Assembly (NCBI RefSeq): GCF_028368995.1
Contig: NZ_JAQNDL010000001.1
Location: forward strand, 2,208,001 to 2,272,000
Length of the DNA stretch: 64,000 bases
Direction of reading: 5' to 3'
Source: Nannocystis bainbridge
Lineage (GTDB): Bacteria; Myxococcota_A; Polyangia; Nannocystales; Nannocystaceae
The notes under the pieces were generated by a model, which saw only the letters and a list, made by a program, of their open reading frames with translations, was not told where the DNA came from and ran no database searches. Shown in pieces: positions 38,252 through 49,242 of this stretch (its first letter is position 1; the number at the start of each line of letters is the position of its first letter). The position numbers were made by a program, and so were the translations under genes.

Positions 38252-40720
38252 GTGCTGCTGTCCACGACGAACGCAGACTCCTCCCCCGACATCACCGACC
38301 CCAGTGAGGTCGTGAGGATCGGGCGGTACGTCGTGCTCGGCCGCGAAGGCGCCGGCGCGATGGGGGTGGTGTATCGCGCCTACGACGAGGCGCTCGACCG
38401 CAAGGTCGCGCTCAAGCTGCTGCGCGCCCCGGGGGCCGATCACAGCCAGGCGCGGGCTCGACTGCTGCGCGAGGCCAAGGCGCTGGCCCAGCTGTCGCAT
38501 CCCAACGTGGTCCAGGTCTACGACGTCGGCGAGTGGGGCGGCCTCGACTTCATCGCCCTCGAGTTCGTGCAGGGCCAGACGCTGCGCGCGTGGCAGTCGG
38601 AGCAGACGCGGAGCTGGCCGGAGATCCTTCAAGTGTTCGCGCAGGCGGGCCGCGGGCTGGCGGCGGCCCACGCGGCGGGCATGGTGCACCGCGACTTCAA
38701 GCCGGAGAACGTGCTGATCGACGGCCAGGGCCGGGTGTTCGTCGCCGACTTCGGCCTGGCGCGCTCGGTCGATTCGCCGCTGCCGGAGCAGTCGGTGGCG
38801 TCGCGCTCGAGCACCTCGCTGGCTCGCCTGACGGCGATGGGCTCGCTGGTCGGCACGCCCAAGTACATGGCGCCGGAGCAGTTCATGCGCATCCCGGCCG
38901 ACGCGCGCAGCGACCAGTTCGCGTTCTGCGTCGCCCTCTACGAGGCGCTGTTCGATCGGCGACCGTTCGTCGGCGAGACCGTCGACGACCTGCGCCACAG
39001 CGTCCTGCTCGGCAAGGTGCTGCCGCCGCCGGTGCTGACGATGGTGCCGCAGTGGTTGCAGGACCTGACGATGCGCGGCCTGGCCCGCGACCCGACCCGC
39101 CGCTTCCCTTCGATGGACGCGCTCCTCGCCGAGCTCGACCGCGTGCGCGGGCGCAGGCGCCTGATCGCCGCCGGCGTGCTCGCCCTCGGCCTCGGCGCCG
39201 CCTTCGCGTTCACGCGGACCGCCCCCGTGTGCCAGGGCAGCGACGACAAGCTCGCCGGCGTGTGGGACGAACGCCGCAGCCTCGCGCTGCACGAGGCCTT
39301 CCTCGCCACCGAGCTCCCGTTCGCCGCCCGGACCTCGAACCTGGCCCGCGAGGCGCTCGACGAATACGCCCGCGACTGGAAGACCACGCACAAGGAGGCG
39401 TGCCTGGAGCACCACCGCGGCGAGCAGTCGGACGCGGTGCTCGACCTGCGCATGACGTGCCTGCAGCGGCGGCTGACCGAGCTGGGCGCGCGCGTCGACG
39501 TGCTGGCCGAGGCCGAGGGCTCGACGGTGATCCACGCCGTCGACGCGGTCCGCTCGCTGACCCCGGTGACCGTCTGCAACGACCCGGCCCAGCTCTCCGA
39601 CGAGTGGCAGCGGATCGACGGCCTGCGCGCGCCGACCGAGGCGGCGCGGGTGCAGACGCTGCGCCTCAAGCTGGCCCACATCGTCGCCCTCGGGCGCGCC
39701 GGCCAGCTCCCGCGCGGCCTGGCCCTCGCCGAGGAGGCGGTGCGCGACGCCCAGGCGCTCGACCACCGCACCCTGCTGGCCGAGGCCCAACTGCAGCGGG
39801 GCTCGCTGCTGGCCGAATCGAGCGACGTCCTGGCGGCCGAGTCCGAGCTGCGGCGCGCCATCGTCACCGCCACCCGCAGCGACCACGAGGAGGTGCTGGC
39901 GCGGGCGATGGTCAAGGAGGTGTTCGTATTGGCCCACGCCGCCGACTCGTTCGCGGCCGCCGACCGCATGGCCGAACAGGCCGGCGCCCTGCTCGACCGG
40001 ATCGCCCCGCGCAGCCGCCTCGTCGGCGAGCTGCGCAACAACCTGGCCGTCTTGCGGTTTCAGCAAGGCCGCCGCGACGAGTCCGAGGCGCTCCATCAGG
40101 AGAACCTTCAGTTTCGCCGGGCGATCCTCCCGACCCACGATCCCGAGATCGCCATGACCCTCTGCAACCTCGGGGTCGACCTGCAGGAGCGGCGCCGCTT
40201 CGCCGAGGCCGCGGCGCTCCTCCGCGAATCGATGGACGTCTTCAGCGACGCCGTCGGCGAGCAGCACCCCTACACCTTGCAGTCGCTGGCCAACCTCGCG
40301 CTCGTGCAATTCGACAGCGGCGAATACGAGCTGGCCGCCGAGTCGCTGGCCGACTCGCTCGACGCCTGGATCGCCATCGTCGGCCTCGACAACCCCAGCA
40401 CCGCCGAGCCGCAATGCGTGGCCGGGCTGCTCGCCATCCGCGGCGGCGACGTCGTCGGCGGCCTCGGCAAGCTGCGACAAGCCCGCGAGCTGGGCGAGCG
40501 GCGCGGCCACTCGGCGGCCCGCTACCGCACCCGCCTGTCGCTCGCGCAGGCGCTGTGGGACCACGCGCCCGAGGAGCGCTCGTGGGCGCTCGTGCTGGCC
40601 CACGCGGCCGAGCACGACGCGATCGTGCTGGGCGACGCGCACCGGCGCCACGTCGCCCGCGAGTGGCTGGCCACGCGCGCGCACGGCGGGGCGACCGAGC
40701 CGAAGCTCTCCGCCCGTTAG
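38252..40720 (+). CDS. Ser/Thr protein kinase with TPR repeats
   Basis: GAGAMGVVY, VALK, HRDFKPEN, DFG, GTPKYMAPE; TM segment; TPR-like repeats (LRNNLA, LCNLG, LANLA). Start approximate. Confidence 0.93.
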   Translation: MLLSTTNADSSPDITDPSEVVRIGRYVVLGREGAGAMGVVYRAYDEALDRKVALKLLRAPGADHSQARARLLREAKALAQLSHPNVVQVYDVGEWGGLDFIALEFVQGQTLRAWQSEQTRSWPEILQVFAQAGRGLAAAHAAGMVHRDFKPENVLIDGQGRVFVADFGLARSVDSPLPEQSVASRSSTSLARLTAMGSLVGTPKYMAPEQFMRIPADARSDQFAFCVALYEALFDRRPFVGETVDDLRHSVLLGKVLPPPVLTMVPQWLQDLTMRGLARDPTRRFPSMDALLAELDRVRGRRRLIAAGVLALGLGAAFAFTRTAPVCQGSDDKLAGVWDERRSLALHEAFLATELPFAARTSNLAREALDEYARDWKTTHKEACLEHHRGEQSDAVLDLRMTCLQRRLTELGARVDVLAEAEGSTVIHAVDAVRSLTPVTVCNDPAQLSDEWQRIDGLRAPTEAARVQTLRLKLAHIVALGRAGQLPRGLALAEEAVRDAQALDHRTLLAEAQLQRGSLLAESSDVLAAESELRRAIVTATRSDHEEVLARAMVKEVFVLAHAADSFAAADRMAEQAGALLDRIAPRSRLVGELRNNLAVLRFQQGRRDESEALHQENLQFRRAILPTHDPEIAMTLCNLGVDLQERRRFAEAAALLRESMDVFSDAVGEQHPYTLQSLANLALVQFDSGEYELAAESLADSLDAWIAIVGLDNPSTAEPQCVAGLLAIRGGDVVGGLGKLRQARELGERRGHSAARYRTRLSLAQALWDHAPEERSWALVLAHAAEHDAIVLGDAHRRHVAREWLATRAHGGATEPKLSAR

Positions 40721-40817
40721 TCGACCGCGCGACTCTCGGTATTTCCTCTACGTATTTCCCCGAATGTGGGCAGGCGACCGCGAGCCGGCGCACCGGCTCG
40801 CGACGACATGTCGGCGC

Positions 40818-41795
40818 TCAACTCGGCGCGGCCTGAGACTTCAGCAGCCCGTGCACGCCGGGCGCGTCACAGGTGGGCAGCACACCGCGGCCGGCGGCCT
40901 GGCACTCGGCGACCACCGCGGCGCGCGAATGGGTCAGCTTGCGCGGCTGATTGAGGCACACCGCCCCGTGCGGCCCCCACTCGGCCTCGACCGCCCAATC
41001 CGTCTCCGGCTCGAGGATCGCCGGCGACAGCCGGTCCGACACGTCGATCGGCGTGCCGTTCTCCGTGTGGGCGACGTTGGTGCCGCAGTAGTCGGCGCGG
41101 ACCATGCGAGTACAGGCGCGATAGTGGTCGGCGAGCGATATCCCGCCGTGCTTCGCCCACATACGGTAACCCCATTCTAGGCACTTGGCCGAGGCCGTCC
41201 CGCGACAGGCGAACGCCAATTCGCCGTGCTCGCCCGGCAGCCAGTCGGCGGTGGCCGTATCGAAGTATCCCGGCACCACGATCGCCGAAGTCGGCTCGCC
41301 CTCGCCGTCGGTGCACACGGACTCCCACTTACCGTCATTCATGCGGAAGTCGATGTCCGTAAAATAAATATCAGGTCGGTCCGCGCTCTGCGTCACCGCC
41401 ACGATCTTGAGCTGCACATCGACGAGCTCCTTGCCGCCGTCGTCGGCCAGCCAGTGCAGTCGCGCGCCCTCGAGGGCCTCGCCGCGGTACAGCACCCCCT
41501 TGTTGCCGACCGCCTGCAGCTCGCTCGTGCCCGGCACCAGCGACCAGCCGGTCAGCGACGACTTGGCCGCCCCCTGACCGATGCTCGCGCCGACCAGCTT
41601 CACGCCGTTGAACCAGGTCCCGTTGAAACGGGTTCCATTGAATCGAGTCCCGTTCAGCTCGACCCCGTTGTCGTGGAGCGCCCGCAGCCGCGTCTCCTCG
41701 CCCCCGCCGACGTCCTCGAACGCGACGTCTTCGCAGCCACCACCACAAACGGTCATCACGACCGTCATCGCTTGTATATGCCGATACATCCGCAT
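40818..41795 (-). CDS. ADYC domain-containing exported protein with NGxxF/L pentapeptide repeats
   Basis: AKCLEWGY, ACTRMVRADYCG, EAEWGPHGAVC; NGVEL-NGTRF-NGTRF-NGTWF-NGVKL. Confidence 0.8.
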   Translation of the reverse strand: MRMYRHIQAMTVVMTVCGGGCEDVAFEDVGGGEETRLRALHDNGVELNGTRFNGTRFNGTWFNGVKLVGASIGQGAAKSSLTGWSLVPGTSELQAVGNKGVLYRGEALEGARLHWLADDGGKELVDVQLKIVAVTQSADRPDIYFTDIDFRMNDGKWESVCTDGEGEPTSAIVVPGYFDTATADWLPGEHGELAFACRGTASAKCLEWGYRMWAKHGGISLADHYRACTRMVRADYCGTNVAHTENGTPIDVSDRLSPAILEPETDWAVEAEWGPHGAVCLNQPRKLTHSRAAVVAECQAAGRGVLPTCDAPGVHGLLKSQAAPS

Positions 41796-42152
41796 GCTGA
41801 GTTCCCTCTCGCCCATCAGCGTACTTGGGTCGCGATGAATCCTCGGCGGCGCGGGCGACCCGACGGGTGGTCGCTGCGACCGCCGGGCCCGACACGATTG
41901 ACATTTCATGCACTCGCAACATCGACGCAATCACATGAGCTGTCTGTGGCGTCGTCGATCTGCGCGGCAGCCGCGACGGCAGCGTCGGCGGTCGCGGCGC
42001 GCGATTCACCCGGCGCGCCCGCTGGCGACGCGTTTGCGGCTCGAAATCACCCGACCACGCGTCGCTAACGAATGTCCATACAGCCCCGCGAAGACGCGCA
42101 GGGGCTCGCGTCCCTCACCGACGCGAGCCCCTGCCGTCGCTACCACCCGCGA

Positions 42153-43856
42153 TCAGGGAGCCTTGCGTGACGCCACGAATTGCGCGAGCGCCTCGATCTG
42201 CTCCGTCGACAGCTTGTCGGCGAATTTCGGCATCTCCGCGGTATCGCCGTACAGGTCCTTCTGGCTGCTGTCGCGGATGATGCGGGCGATCCACGCCGGC
42301 GAGCCGCGGCCGGCCAGCGTCGGGCCGGCGCCCTCCTTGCCCGCCTCGAGCTCGTGGCACGACGAGCACTCGAGCTTCTTGTCCCACAGCTCCTTGCCGC
42401 GAGCGACGGTCGCCGCGTCGACGCTCGCCGCCGCGCTCGCCCCCGACAGGCTGACCAGGTACTCCACCACCGCCGCCAGCTCCTCGTCGCTGGCCTGTTC
42501 GGCGGTCAGCGGCTCCATCGTATTGTGCTTGGTCGCGCCGTAGAAGCGGCGGTCTCGCGGGCTGCGGACCAGGGCCGCCAGCCACTCGCGGCTGGTGAAG
42601 CCGTCGAGGGTCGGCGCCTCTTCGCTGCCCTTGCCCTCGAGCGTATGGCAGGTCGCGCACTGCTCCTTGAACAGGTTGCGGGTCTTCTGCTCCGGATCGT
42701 TGTCGAACACGGCGACGCCGCCGACCGGCGCCACGCCCTCTCGCGCGAGCTCGCGCGCCCGCGCGGCCTCGGCGTGGGCCTGCTCGACGCCGTGCTGGAA
42801 CGACTCGTTGCCCCCGTCCTCGACGATCGCCACCGCCGTCAGCGCCGTCACCCCGGCCATGAGGAGGCCGACCCCCGACAGCACCGACCAGCGCGAGCGC
42901 ACCGCTCGCGACTTCGACCGGTCGACGAACGGCAGCGCGAACAGATACGCCGCCGCCGCGCCCGGCAACAGCACCGTCGCCACGATCTGCAGCGGCCCCT
43001 GGAAGTACTTCAGCAGCTGGAACAGGAACAGGAAGTACCACTCCGGCCGGGCCACGAAATTGCTCGCAGGGTCGGCGGGCGCGAACAGCTCGGCGCCGTG
43101 GGTCTGGACCGTGAGGCCGACCAACACCGCCGCGCACACCGCCATCGCCAGCACGTCGAGGAACAGCTGGTTGGGCCAGAACGGCTGGGTCTTGCGCCGC
43201 AGCTCCGGCTCCGGCAGGTCCGGCGGCGTCACCCCGTGCTTGCGGAACAGCAGCAGGTGGACCCCGAGCAGCCCCGCGAGCGCGATCGGCAGCACGAACA
43301 CGTGCAGCGCGAAGAACCGCGTCAGCGTCAGGTTGCCGTACTCGGAACCGCCCTGCACGAATTGCTGCATGGGCTCGCCCCCGGGCACCGACCCCATGAT
43401 CCCGGTCGCCACCTGCGTGGCCCAGTAACCCTTCTGATCCCACGGCAGCAGATAGCCGGTGAGCGCGAACGCCAGCACGATCGCGCCCATCAACAGGCCG
43501 GTCCACCAGTTGACCTCGCGCGGCTTGCGATAGGCCCCGGCGAACACCACCTGCAAGAGGTGCAGCACCACGACCACCACCATCGCCGACGAGCCGTGGT
43601 GATGCAGGCCGCGGAGGAACCACCCGTACGTGACCTGATCGTTGAGGTACGCCGTGCTGGCCCACGCGTCGGTCGCCGAGGGGCTGTAATAAAACGCCAG
43701 CAGGATGCCGAGCACCACCTGTTGCATGAACAGGAACACCAGCACCGAGCCGAACACGTAGCGCAGCCGCGCGCCGCCCGGCACGTCCTCCTCGAGCATG
43801 AGGCGGGTGGCCGAGCGGATCCCGGTGCGTTCGTCGAGCCAGTCGAGCAGCGCCAT
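42153..43856 (-). CDS. Cytochrome b subunit of a bc-type complex fused to a diheme cytochrome c
   Basis: RGLHHHGSS, GYLLPWDQKGYWA, TLTRFFALH, PEWY; C-terminal CATCH and CSSCH. Confidence 0.92.
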   Translation of the reverse strand: MALLDWLDERTGIRSATRLMLEEDVPGGARLRYVFGSVLVFLFMQQVVLGILLAFYYSPSATDAWASTAYLNDQVTYGWFLRGLHHHGSSAMVVVVVLHLLQVVFAGAYRKPREVNWWTGLLMGAIVLAFALTGYLLPWDQKGYWATQVATGIMGSVPGGEPMQQFVQGGSEYGNLTLTRFFALHVFVLPIALAGLLGVHLLLFRKHGVTPPDLPEPELRRKTQPFWPNQLFLDVLAMAVCAAVLVGLTVQTHGAELFAPADPASNFVARPEWYFLFLFQLLKYFQGPLQIVATVLLPGAAAAYLFALPFVDRSKSRAVRSRWSVLSGVGLLMAGVTALTAVAIVEDGGNESFQHGVEQAHAEAARARELAREGVAPVGGVAVFDNDPEQKTRNLFKEQCATCHTLEGKGSEEAPTLDGFTSREWLAALVRSPRDRRFYGATKHNTMEPLTAEQASDEELAAVVEYLVSLSGASAAASVDAATVARGKELWDKKLECSSCHELEAGKEGAGPTLAGRGSPAWIARIIRDSSQKDLYGDTAEMPKFADKLSTEQIEALAQFVASRKAP

Positions 43857-44440
43857 CAGACCGGCTCCTTCTGGGCCACACCCTGGCGGTATCGCACCAG
43901 CTTGATCGCCACCAGCCCGTTCTCCTCCTGCACCTCGAGCGCGTCGAGCGGCCGCGGCGACGGCCCGGCCTCGACCGCGCCGTCGAGCGCGAACGCCGAG
44001 CGGTGGCACGGGCACTTGAACTTCTGCGCCTCGGGGTCGTAGTCGACCGCGCAGCCGAGGTGCGGGCACACCGTCGAGAACGCCTGCAGCGCCCCGTCGC
44101 GCTCGAGCACCCAGCACGAGCCCAGCTTCACGTCGGGCGTCTTGTTCCACGCGTCGACCTTGTCGGCGTGGAGCTCGACCCGCACCGGCACCGAACCGGC
44201 GAACGCCGAGCGCTTGCCCGCTGGCAAGAACGCCCCCTCGCCGCCCTTCGACCCGGTCGGGAACAGCAGATAACCGACCGCCGGCACCACCGGCACCGCC
44301 GCCAGCCCCAACCCCAATGCCCCGATCCCCAGCTTCAACACCCCGCGACGGCCGGCGTCCGGCTCCCCTCCTGACCCAGAGGACATGTCCCGAGATTCAG
44401 CTTCGTGCTCCGCTCCGTGACCGCGTTCTCGGCTCGACAT
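43856..44440 (-). CDS. Rieske [2Fe-2S] subunit
   Basis: Tat motif RRGVLK, CPHLGC, CPCHRS, GPSPRPL. Alternative start ATG at 44386. Confidence 0.92.
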   Translation of the reverse strand: MSSRERGHGAEHEAESRDMSSGSGGEPDAGRRGVLKLGIGALGLGLAAVPVVPAVGYLLFPTGSKGGEGAFLPAGKRSAFAGSVPVRVELHADKVDAWNKTPDVKLGSCWVLERDGALQAFSTVCPHLGCAVDYDPEAQKFKCPCHRSAFALDGAVEAGPSPRPLDALEVQEENGLVAIKLVRYRQGVAQKEPV

Positions 44441-44510
44441 GGGCCTCCTGCCGCCCACGGCGGCCCCCGCAGGATACCCGACCGGCCGCGACCCACGCTA
44501 CCCTGCGCGC

Positions 44511-45419
44511 ATGCCCGCCGCCGTCCCCGCGCTGCTCCGCCCCGAGCTCGCCCCCGCGACGATCAAGGACACCCGCTGGGGCGGCCACCGCCTCGCCGCG
44601 CGGCTGAGCGACGAACCGACCACGCGCGGCGCGTTCGCCGGGCGCAGCATCGGCGAGCTGTGGCAGTTCTCGACCCTGCCCGGCAGCGAGAGCCTGGCCC
44701 TCGGCGGCCGCGGCCTCGGCGACGTCCTCGGCAGGCCGCTGCCCTTCCTCGCCAAACTCATCGACACCGCGCTGCCGCTCAGCGTTCAGGTCCACCCCGA
44801 AGATCGCCCCGATCCCGCACGCCCCGGCGCGATCCTGCCTGGCAAGGAAGAGGCGTGGATCGTGCTCGCCGCCGACCCCGACGCCCGACTGTGGGCCGGT
44901 GTCCGCCCCGGCGTCAGCCGCGACGACCTCGCCCGCGCCGCGGCCGACGGCACGATCGTCGCCTGTCTCGAAGAACATGTCGTCACCCCGGGCCTGGTGG
45001 TGCTCGTCCCCGCAGGCACGGTCCACGCGATCGGCGCCGGGATCCTGCTGGCGGAGATCCAGCAACCATCGGACTGCACGTATCGTCTTTACGACTACGA
45101 CAGCGGTCGACCGCTGCACGTCGAGGCGGCGCTGGCGACGCTGGACGTCGCCGCCCGACCTCAGGTGTGGCGCCCCGGCGACGCCTCGCCACATTTGCGC
45201 GGGACCCATGTCGAGCTCGAGCTGCTCGGTCCGGGGGAACACCGGCGCGCGCTCGCCGAGCCGACCCTGATCGTCGGCACGCGCGGGACCGCGAGCGTGC
45301 GCGCCGACGACTGCGAGGCAAAGCTCGACGAGACCCAGCTCCTGCTCGCCGTCCGCGGACCGCTCATCCTCACCATCCCCGAAGCCGGCCTCGTCGCCGT
45401 CGGCCGCGTCCACGCCTGA
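44511..45419 (+). CDS. Class I mannose-6-phosphate isomerase
   Basis: WGG, IGELW, LAKLID, LSVQVHP, GKEEAW, PAGTVHAIG, EIQQPSDCTYRLYDY. Confidence 0.88.
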   Translation: MPAAVPALLRPELAPATIKDTRWGGHRLAARLSDEPTTRGAFAGRSIGELWQFSTLPGSESLALGGRGLGDVLGRPLPFLAKLIDTALPLSVQVHPEDRPDPARPGAILPGKEEAWIVLAADPDARLWAGVRPGVSRDDLARAAADGTIVACLEEHVVTPGLVVLVPAGTVHAIGAGILLAEIQQPSDCTYRLYDYDSGRPLHVEAALATLDVAARPQVWRPGDASPHLRGTHVELELLGPGEHRRALAEPTLIVGTRGTASVRADDCEAKLDETQLLLAVRGPLILTIPEAGLVAVGRVHA

Positions 45420-45754
45420 CCGTCGATTGCGAGGACGTCGCCCCGCCGACGGTTGCGCGTACAACGGCGCGCTCGCTCGACCCCGTCCCCACGGCGGTCG
45501 GCCCGACCGACCGTTCGCATCATCATCGTCGCCGCCGCGCTCCGCAGGCCCACGCACGACCTGCCCCTTGAGACAGCTCGGCGCGGGTTCGCCCGGGTCC
45601 ACGCACGCGGGCGCGAGCGGCTCGAAGCGGCCCTCCGAGCCCTCCAGCGCCAGCGCCCGGCCCGCCGGCGCCGCCGCTTCCTGACGCCGCCGTCACCCGC
45701 ACAGGCACCCTCGCGCCCTCGCGTCGGCCCGGCTCGCTGGCGTATAGTGGCCGC

Positions 45755-46657
45755 ATGACCTCGCCCTATCGCCTACTCTCGTGCGCCCTCCTGCTCGTCG
45801 TCGCGTGCGGCGACAACGGCCAGACCACCACGGCCACCCCGAGCACCGAGACCGACGGCCCCACGACCACGCCCGTCACCACCACCACGACGACCACGGG
45901 CGAGCCCACGAGCACCAGCACGACCGGCACCCCGACCACCACCGACGACACGGCGAGCACCACCGACGACACCACCACCGGCCCGCCGCCGGCCAACTGT
46001 TCGCAGTACGCCAACGCCATGGCGTGCGGCCAGAACGGCTGCGAATGGACGCAGGTCGTCGGTTACACCCACGGCACCCAGGGCTGTCAGGGCGCCATCC
46101 GCGACTTCTGCGTGCCCGTCGACGCCTCGGGCGGCCTCACCAGCGTGTGGCGCGACGACGGCGGCGACATCGAGGTCGTGCAGTTCCCGTTCACCCCCAC
46201 CGATCTCGGCCCCGAGTGGAACACCTGCGACTGCGACAGCCCGCTCGCCTGCCTCTGCACCTCCGCCACCCTCGACTGTCCCGAGCGGCTCGGCGAGTTC
46301 TGCGGCGCGATCACCAGCGAGAACAGCTGCAGCAACGCCGCCGCCGGCGGCCAGTTCGCCTGCGGGTGGTTCACCGTCTCCCAGGAGGGCCCGCTCGACA
46401 ACGCCTGCGACGACCCGCCGTGGCAGAAGGTCTGCCTCCCGGGCACGGACCTCGGCACCAAGACCTGCGACCCGATCAGCCTGCCCTACGTCGACCAGGG
46501 CTATTGCATGGGCTGGACCGACCCCGTCTATTGGCGCGAGGTCGACGGCATCGTCGAGGTCACCACCATCTGCGGGCCCAAGCCAGCCGGCTGGAACCTG
46601 TGCGTCGCCGACGACCCCGACCAGCCCGAAGAGTGCAAGTGCGGCTGCAAGATCTGA
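45755..46657 (+). CDS. Cys-rich lipoprotein with Thr-rich linker and internal duplication
   Basis: Lipobox VVAC; poly-Thr; two similar Cys modules (VWRDDGGDIEV..PTDLGPEWNTC and YWREVDGIVEV..PKPAGWNLC). Confidence 0.8.
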   Translation: MTSPYRLLSCALLLVVACGDNGQTTTATPSTETDGPTTTPVTTTTTTTGEPTSTSTTGTPTTTDDTASTTDDTTTGPPPANCSQYANAMACGQNGCEWTQVVGYTHGTQGCQGAIRDFCVPVDASGGLTSVWRDDGGDIEVVQFPFTPTDLGPEWNTCDCDSPLACLCTSATLDCPERLGEFCGAITSENSCSNAAAGGQFACGWFTVSQEGPLDNACDDPPWQKVCLPGTDLGTKTCDPISLPYVDQGYCMGWTDPVYWREVDGIVEVTTICGPKPAGWNLCVADDPDQPEECKCGCKI

Positions 46658-46681
46658 GCGGCAATCCGCGCGGCTGACCGT

Positions 46682-47713
46682 TCAGGTCAGCAGCACCAAC
46701 TTCCCGATCGTGCGCCCCGACTCGAGGTCGCGGTGCGCCTGCGCCACCTGCTCCAAAGGATAGGTCGTGATCGGCGGCGGGCGCAGCTCCTCGGCTGCCA
46801 GCCCGCCGGCGATCGCCGCCATCCCCTCGATCAGCAGCGGCGCGCGATGGAACATGTACGACAGGTTGAACCCGAGCACCCCGCGGTTCTCGTTGGTCAG
46901 CGCCAGCGGCGAGAACCACGGCGTGCGCACGAACCCGAACGCCAGCTTGAGCAGGTTGGGCTTGCCACCTGTCCTCGGGAGCATGGTGTGAAAGCCATAC
47001 ACGATCAGCCGCCCGCCCCCCGCCAGGTGCTTGTAGCTGCTGCGCAGCGTCTCCGGCCCGTTGGCGTCGCAGGCCACGTCGACGCCCCCGGGCGCCGCAG
47101 CCTCCACGGCCGGCCACAGCGGTGTGCTCGACTTGTCGATCACCACCTCGGCCCCGGCGGCCCGCGCCGCCGCGACCTTGTGCGGGCCGCCGACCACCCC
47201 GATCACGCGGCAGCCGGCGCGGCGTCCGAACTGACACAGCGCCCCGCCGACCCCGCCTGCGGCCGAATGGACCAGCACCGACTCGCCCGCCCGCGCGTGC
47301 GCCAGCGCGTGCAGCGCGTACCAGGCCGTCAAGTACACCGCCGGCACCGCCGCGGCCTCGGCCAGCGACAGCCCGGCCGGCACCGCGAACACCTGATGCT
47401 CCGGCACGCAGACCGCCGTCGCGTAGCCGCCGAAGCGAGTCACCGCCACCACCTCCGCCCCGATCGTCAGCCCCGTCACGCCCTCGCCGACGGCGTCGAT
47501 CACCCCCGCGACCTCGAAGCCCGGCGTGATCGGCCAGCCGACGAAATCCTGCGCCGACTTGTAGAGCCCCATGCGGACCACGCAATCGGCGTAGTTGACC
47601 CCGATCGCCTGCACCGCGATCCGGACCTCGCCGGGCCCGGGTCGGGGCGCCTCCGTCTCGACCAGCGTCAGCCGCTCATGTCCGCCCGCGGCCGCGATCA
47701 CAACCTTGCGCAT
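46682..47713 (-). CDS. MDR-family NADPH:quinone oxidoreductase (VAT-1-like)
   Basis: GVNYAD, PGFEVAG, RFGGYA, VYLTAW, VLVHSAAGGVG, TIGKLVL. Confidence 0.9.
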   Translation of the reverse strand: MRKVVIAAAGGHERLTLVETEAPRPGPGEVRIAVQAIGVNYADCVVRMGLYKSAQDFVGWPITPGFEVAGVIDAVGEGVTGLTIGAEVVAVTRFGGYATAVCVPEHQVFAVPAGLSLAEAAAVPAVYLTAWYALHALAHARAGESVLVHSAAGGVGGALCQFGRRAGCRVIGVVGGPHKVAAARAAGAEVVIDKSSTPLWPAVEAAAPGGVDVACDANGPETLRSSYKHLAGGGRLIVYGFHTMLPRTGGKPNLLKLAFGFVRTPWFSPLALTNENRGVLGFNLSYMFHRAPLLIEGMAAIAGGLAAEELRPPPITTYPLEQVAQAHRDLESGRTIGKLVLLT

Positions 47714-47819
47714 GCGCATGCGCCGACCCTCGCCCGGGAGCGCGCGTGCGGTCAAGTCGTGAACTTGTAGCGACAAAGGCCCACCCCTGTGACGCCGATG
47801 GTGCTAGCTTGCCCCGCGC

Positions 47820-49235
47820 ATGACCGCAGGCGCAAAGGGCGACAGCCGCACCGAGACCGACAGCATGGGCCCGATCGAAGTGGCCAAGGACCGCTACTGG
47901 GGGGCCCAGACCGAGCGTTCGCTGCATCACTTCGACATCGGCGACGATCGCTTCTCGCGGCCGATGATCCGCGCGCTCGGCGTCCTCAAGAAGGCCGCCG
48001 CGCTGGCCAACGGCGAGCTCGGCACCCTCGCCAAGGACAAGGTCGACCTGATCGTGCGCGCCGCCGACGAGGTCATCGCCGGCGACCTCGACGCTCACTT
48101 CCCGCTGCGCGTGTGGCAGACGGGCAGCGGCACGCAGACCAACATGAACGCCAACGAGGTCATCGGCAACCGCGCGATCGAGCTCGCCGGCGGCGTGATG
48201 GGCAGCAAGAAGCCGGTCCACCCCAACGACGACGTCAACCGCGGCCAGTCGTCGAACGACACCTTCCCGACGGCCATGCACATCGCCGCCGCCGAGCAGA
48301 TCGTGCATCACCTGCTGCCGCGGCTGGGCGCCCTGCGCGACGTGCTCGCGGCCAAGAGCGCCGCCTTCGCCGACATCGTCAAGGTCGGCCGCACCCACCT
48401 GCAGGACGCCACCCCGATCACCCTCGGCCAGGAGTTCTCGGGCTACGTCCAGCAGCTCGACGACGCCCGCCGCGCCCTCGAGGCCACCTTGCCGCGGGTC
48501 TACGAGCTCGCGCTCGGCGGCACCGCCGTCGGCACCGGCCTCAACACCCACAAGGACTACGCCGTCACCAGCGCCCGGCAGATCGCCGCGCTGACCGGTC
48601 TGCCCTTTGTCACCGCGCCCAACAAGTTCGCCGCCCTCGCCGGCCACGAGGCGCTCGTCGGCCTCCACGGCGCGCTCAAGACCCTCGCCTGCGCCCTGAC
48701 CAAGATCGCCAACGACATCCGCTGGCTCGCCTCCGGCCCGCGCTGCGGCTTCGGCGAGCTCACCATCCCCGAGAACGAGCCCGGCTCCTCGATCATGCCC
48801 GGCAAGGTCAACCCGACCCAGTGCGAGGCCATGACGATGGTGTGCGCCCAGGTGCTCGGCAACGACGTCGCCGTCAACATCGGCGGCATGAGCGGCAACT
48901 TCGAGCTCAACGTCTACAAGCCGCTCATCATCCACAACACCTTGCACTCGACCCGCCTGCTCGGCGACGCCTGCCGCAACTTCCGCGAGTTCTGCGCCGA
49001 GGGCATCGAGCCGGTCCGCGAGAAGCTGGCGCACAACCTCGAGCAGAGCCTGATGAACGTCACCGCGCTGAACCCGTACATCGGCTACGACAACGCCGCC
49101 AAGATCGCCAAGAAGGCCCACAAGGACGGCTCCTCGCTCAAGGAGGCCGCCGTCGCGCTCGGCCTGCTGACGGCCGAGGACTTCGACCGCTACGTCCGCC
49201 CCGAGGCCATGATCGCGCCCGAGGGCGACCGCTAG
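47820..49235 (+). CDS. fumC: Class II fumarate hydratase
   Basis: [41 protein letters not shown]. Confidence 0.97.
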   Translation: MTAGAKGDSRTETDSMGPIEVAKDRYWGAQTERSLHHFDIGDDRFSRPMIRALGVLKKAAALANGELGTLAKDKVDLIVRAADEVIAGDLDAHFPLRVWQTGSGTQTNMNANEVIGNRAIELAGGVMGSKKPVHPNDDVNRGQSSNDTFPTAMHIAAAEQIVHHLLPRLGALRDVLAAKSAAFADIVKVGRTHLQDATPITLGQEFSGYVQQLDDARRALEATLPRVYELALGGTAVGTGLNTHKDYAVTSARQIAALTGLPFVTAPNKFAALAGHEALVGLHGALKTLACALTKIANDIRWLASGPRCGFGELTIPENEPGSSIMPGKVNPTQCEAMTMVCAQVLGNDVAVNIGGMSGNFELNVYKPLIIHNTLHSTRLLGDACRNFREFCAEGIEPVREKLAHNLEQSLMNVTALNPYIGYDNAAKIAKKAHKDGSSLKEAAVALGLLTAEDFDRYVRPEAMIAPEGDR

Positions 49236-49242
49236 GATCCCC

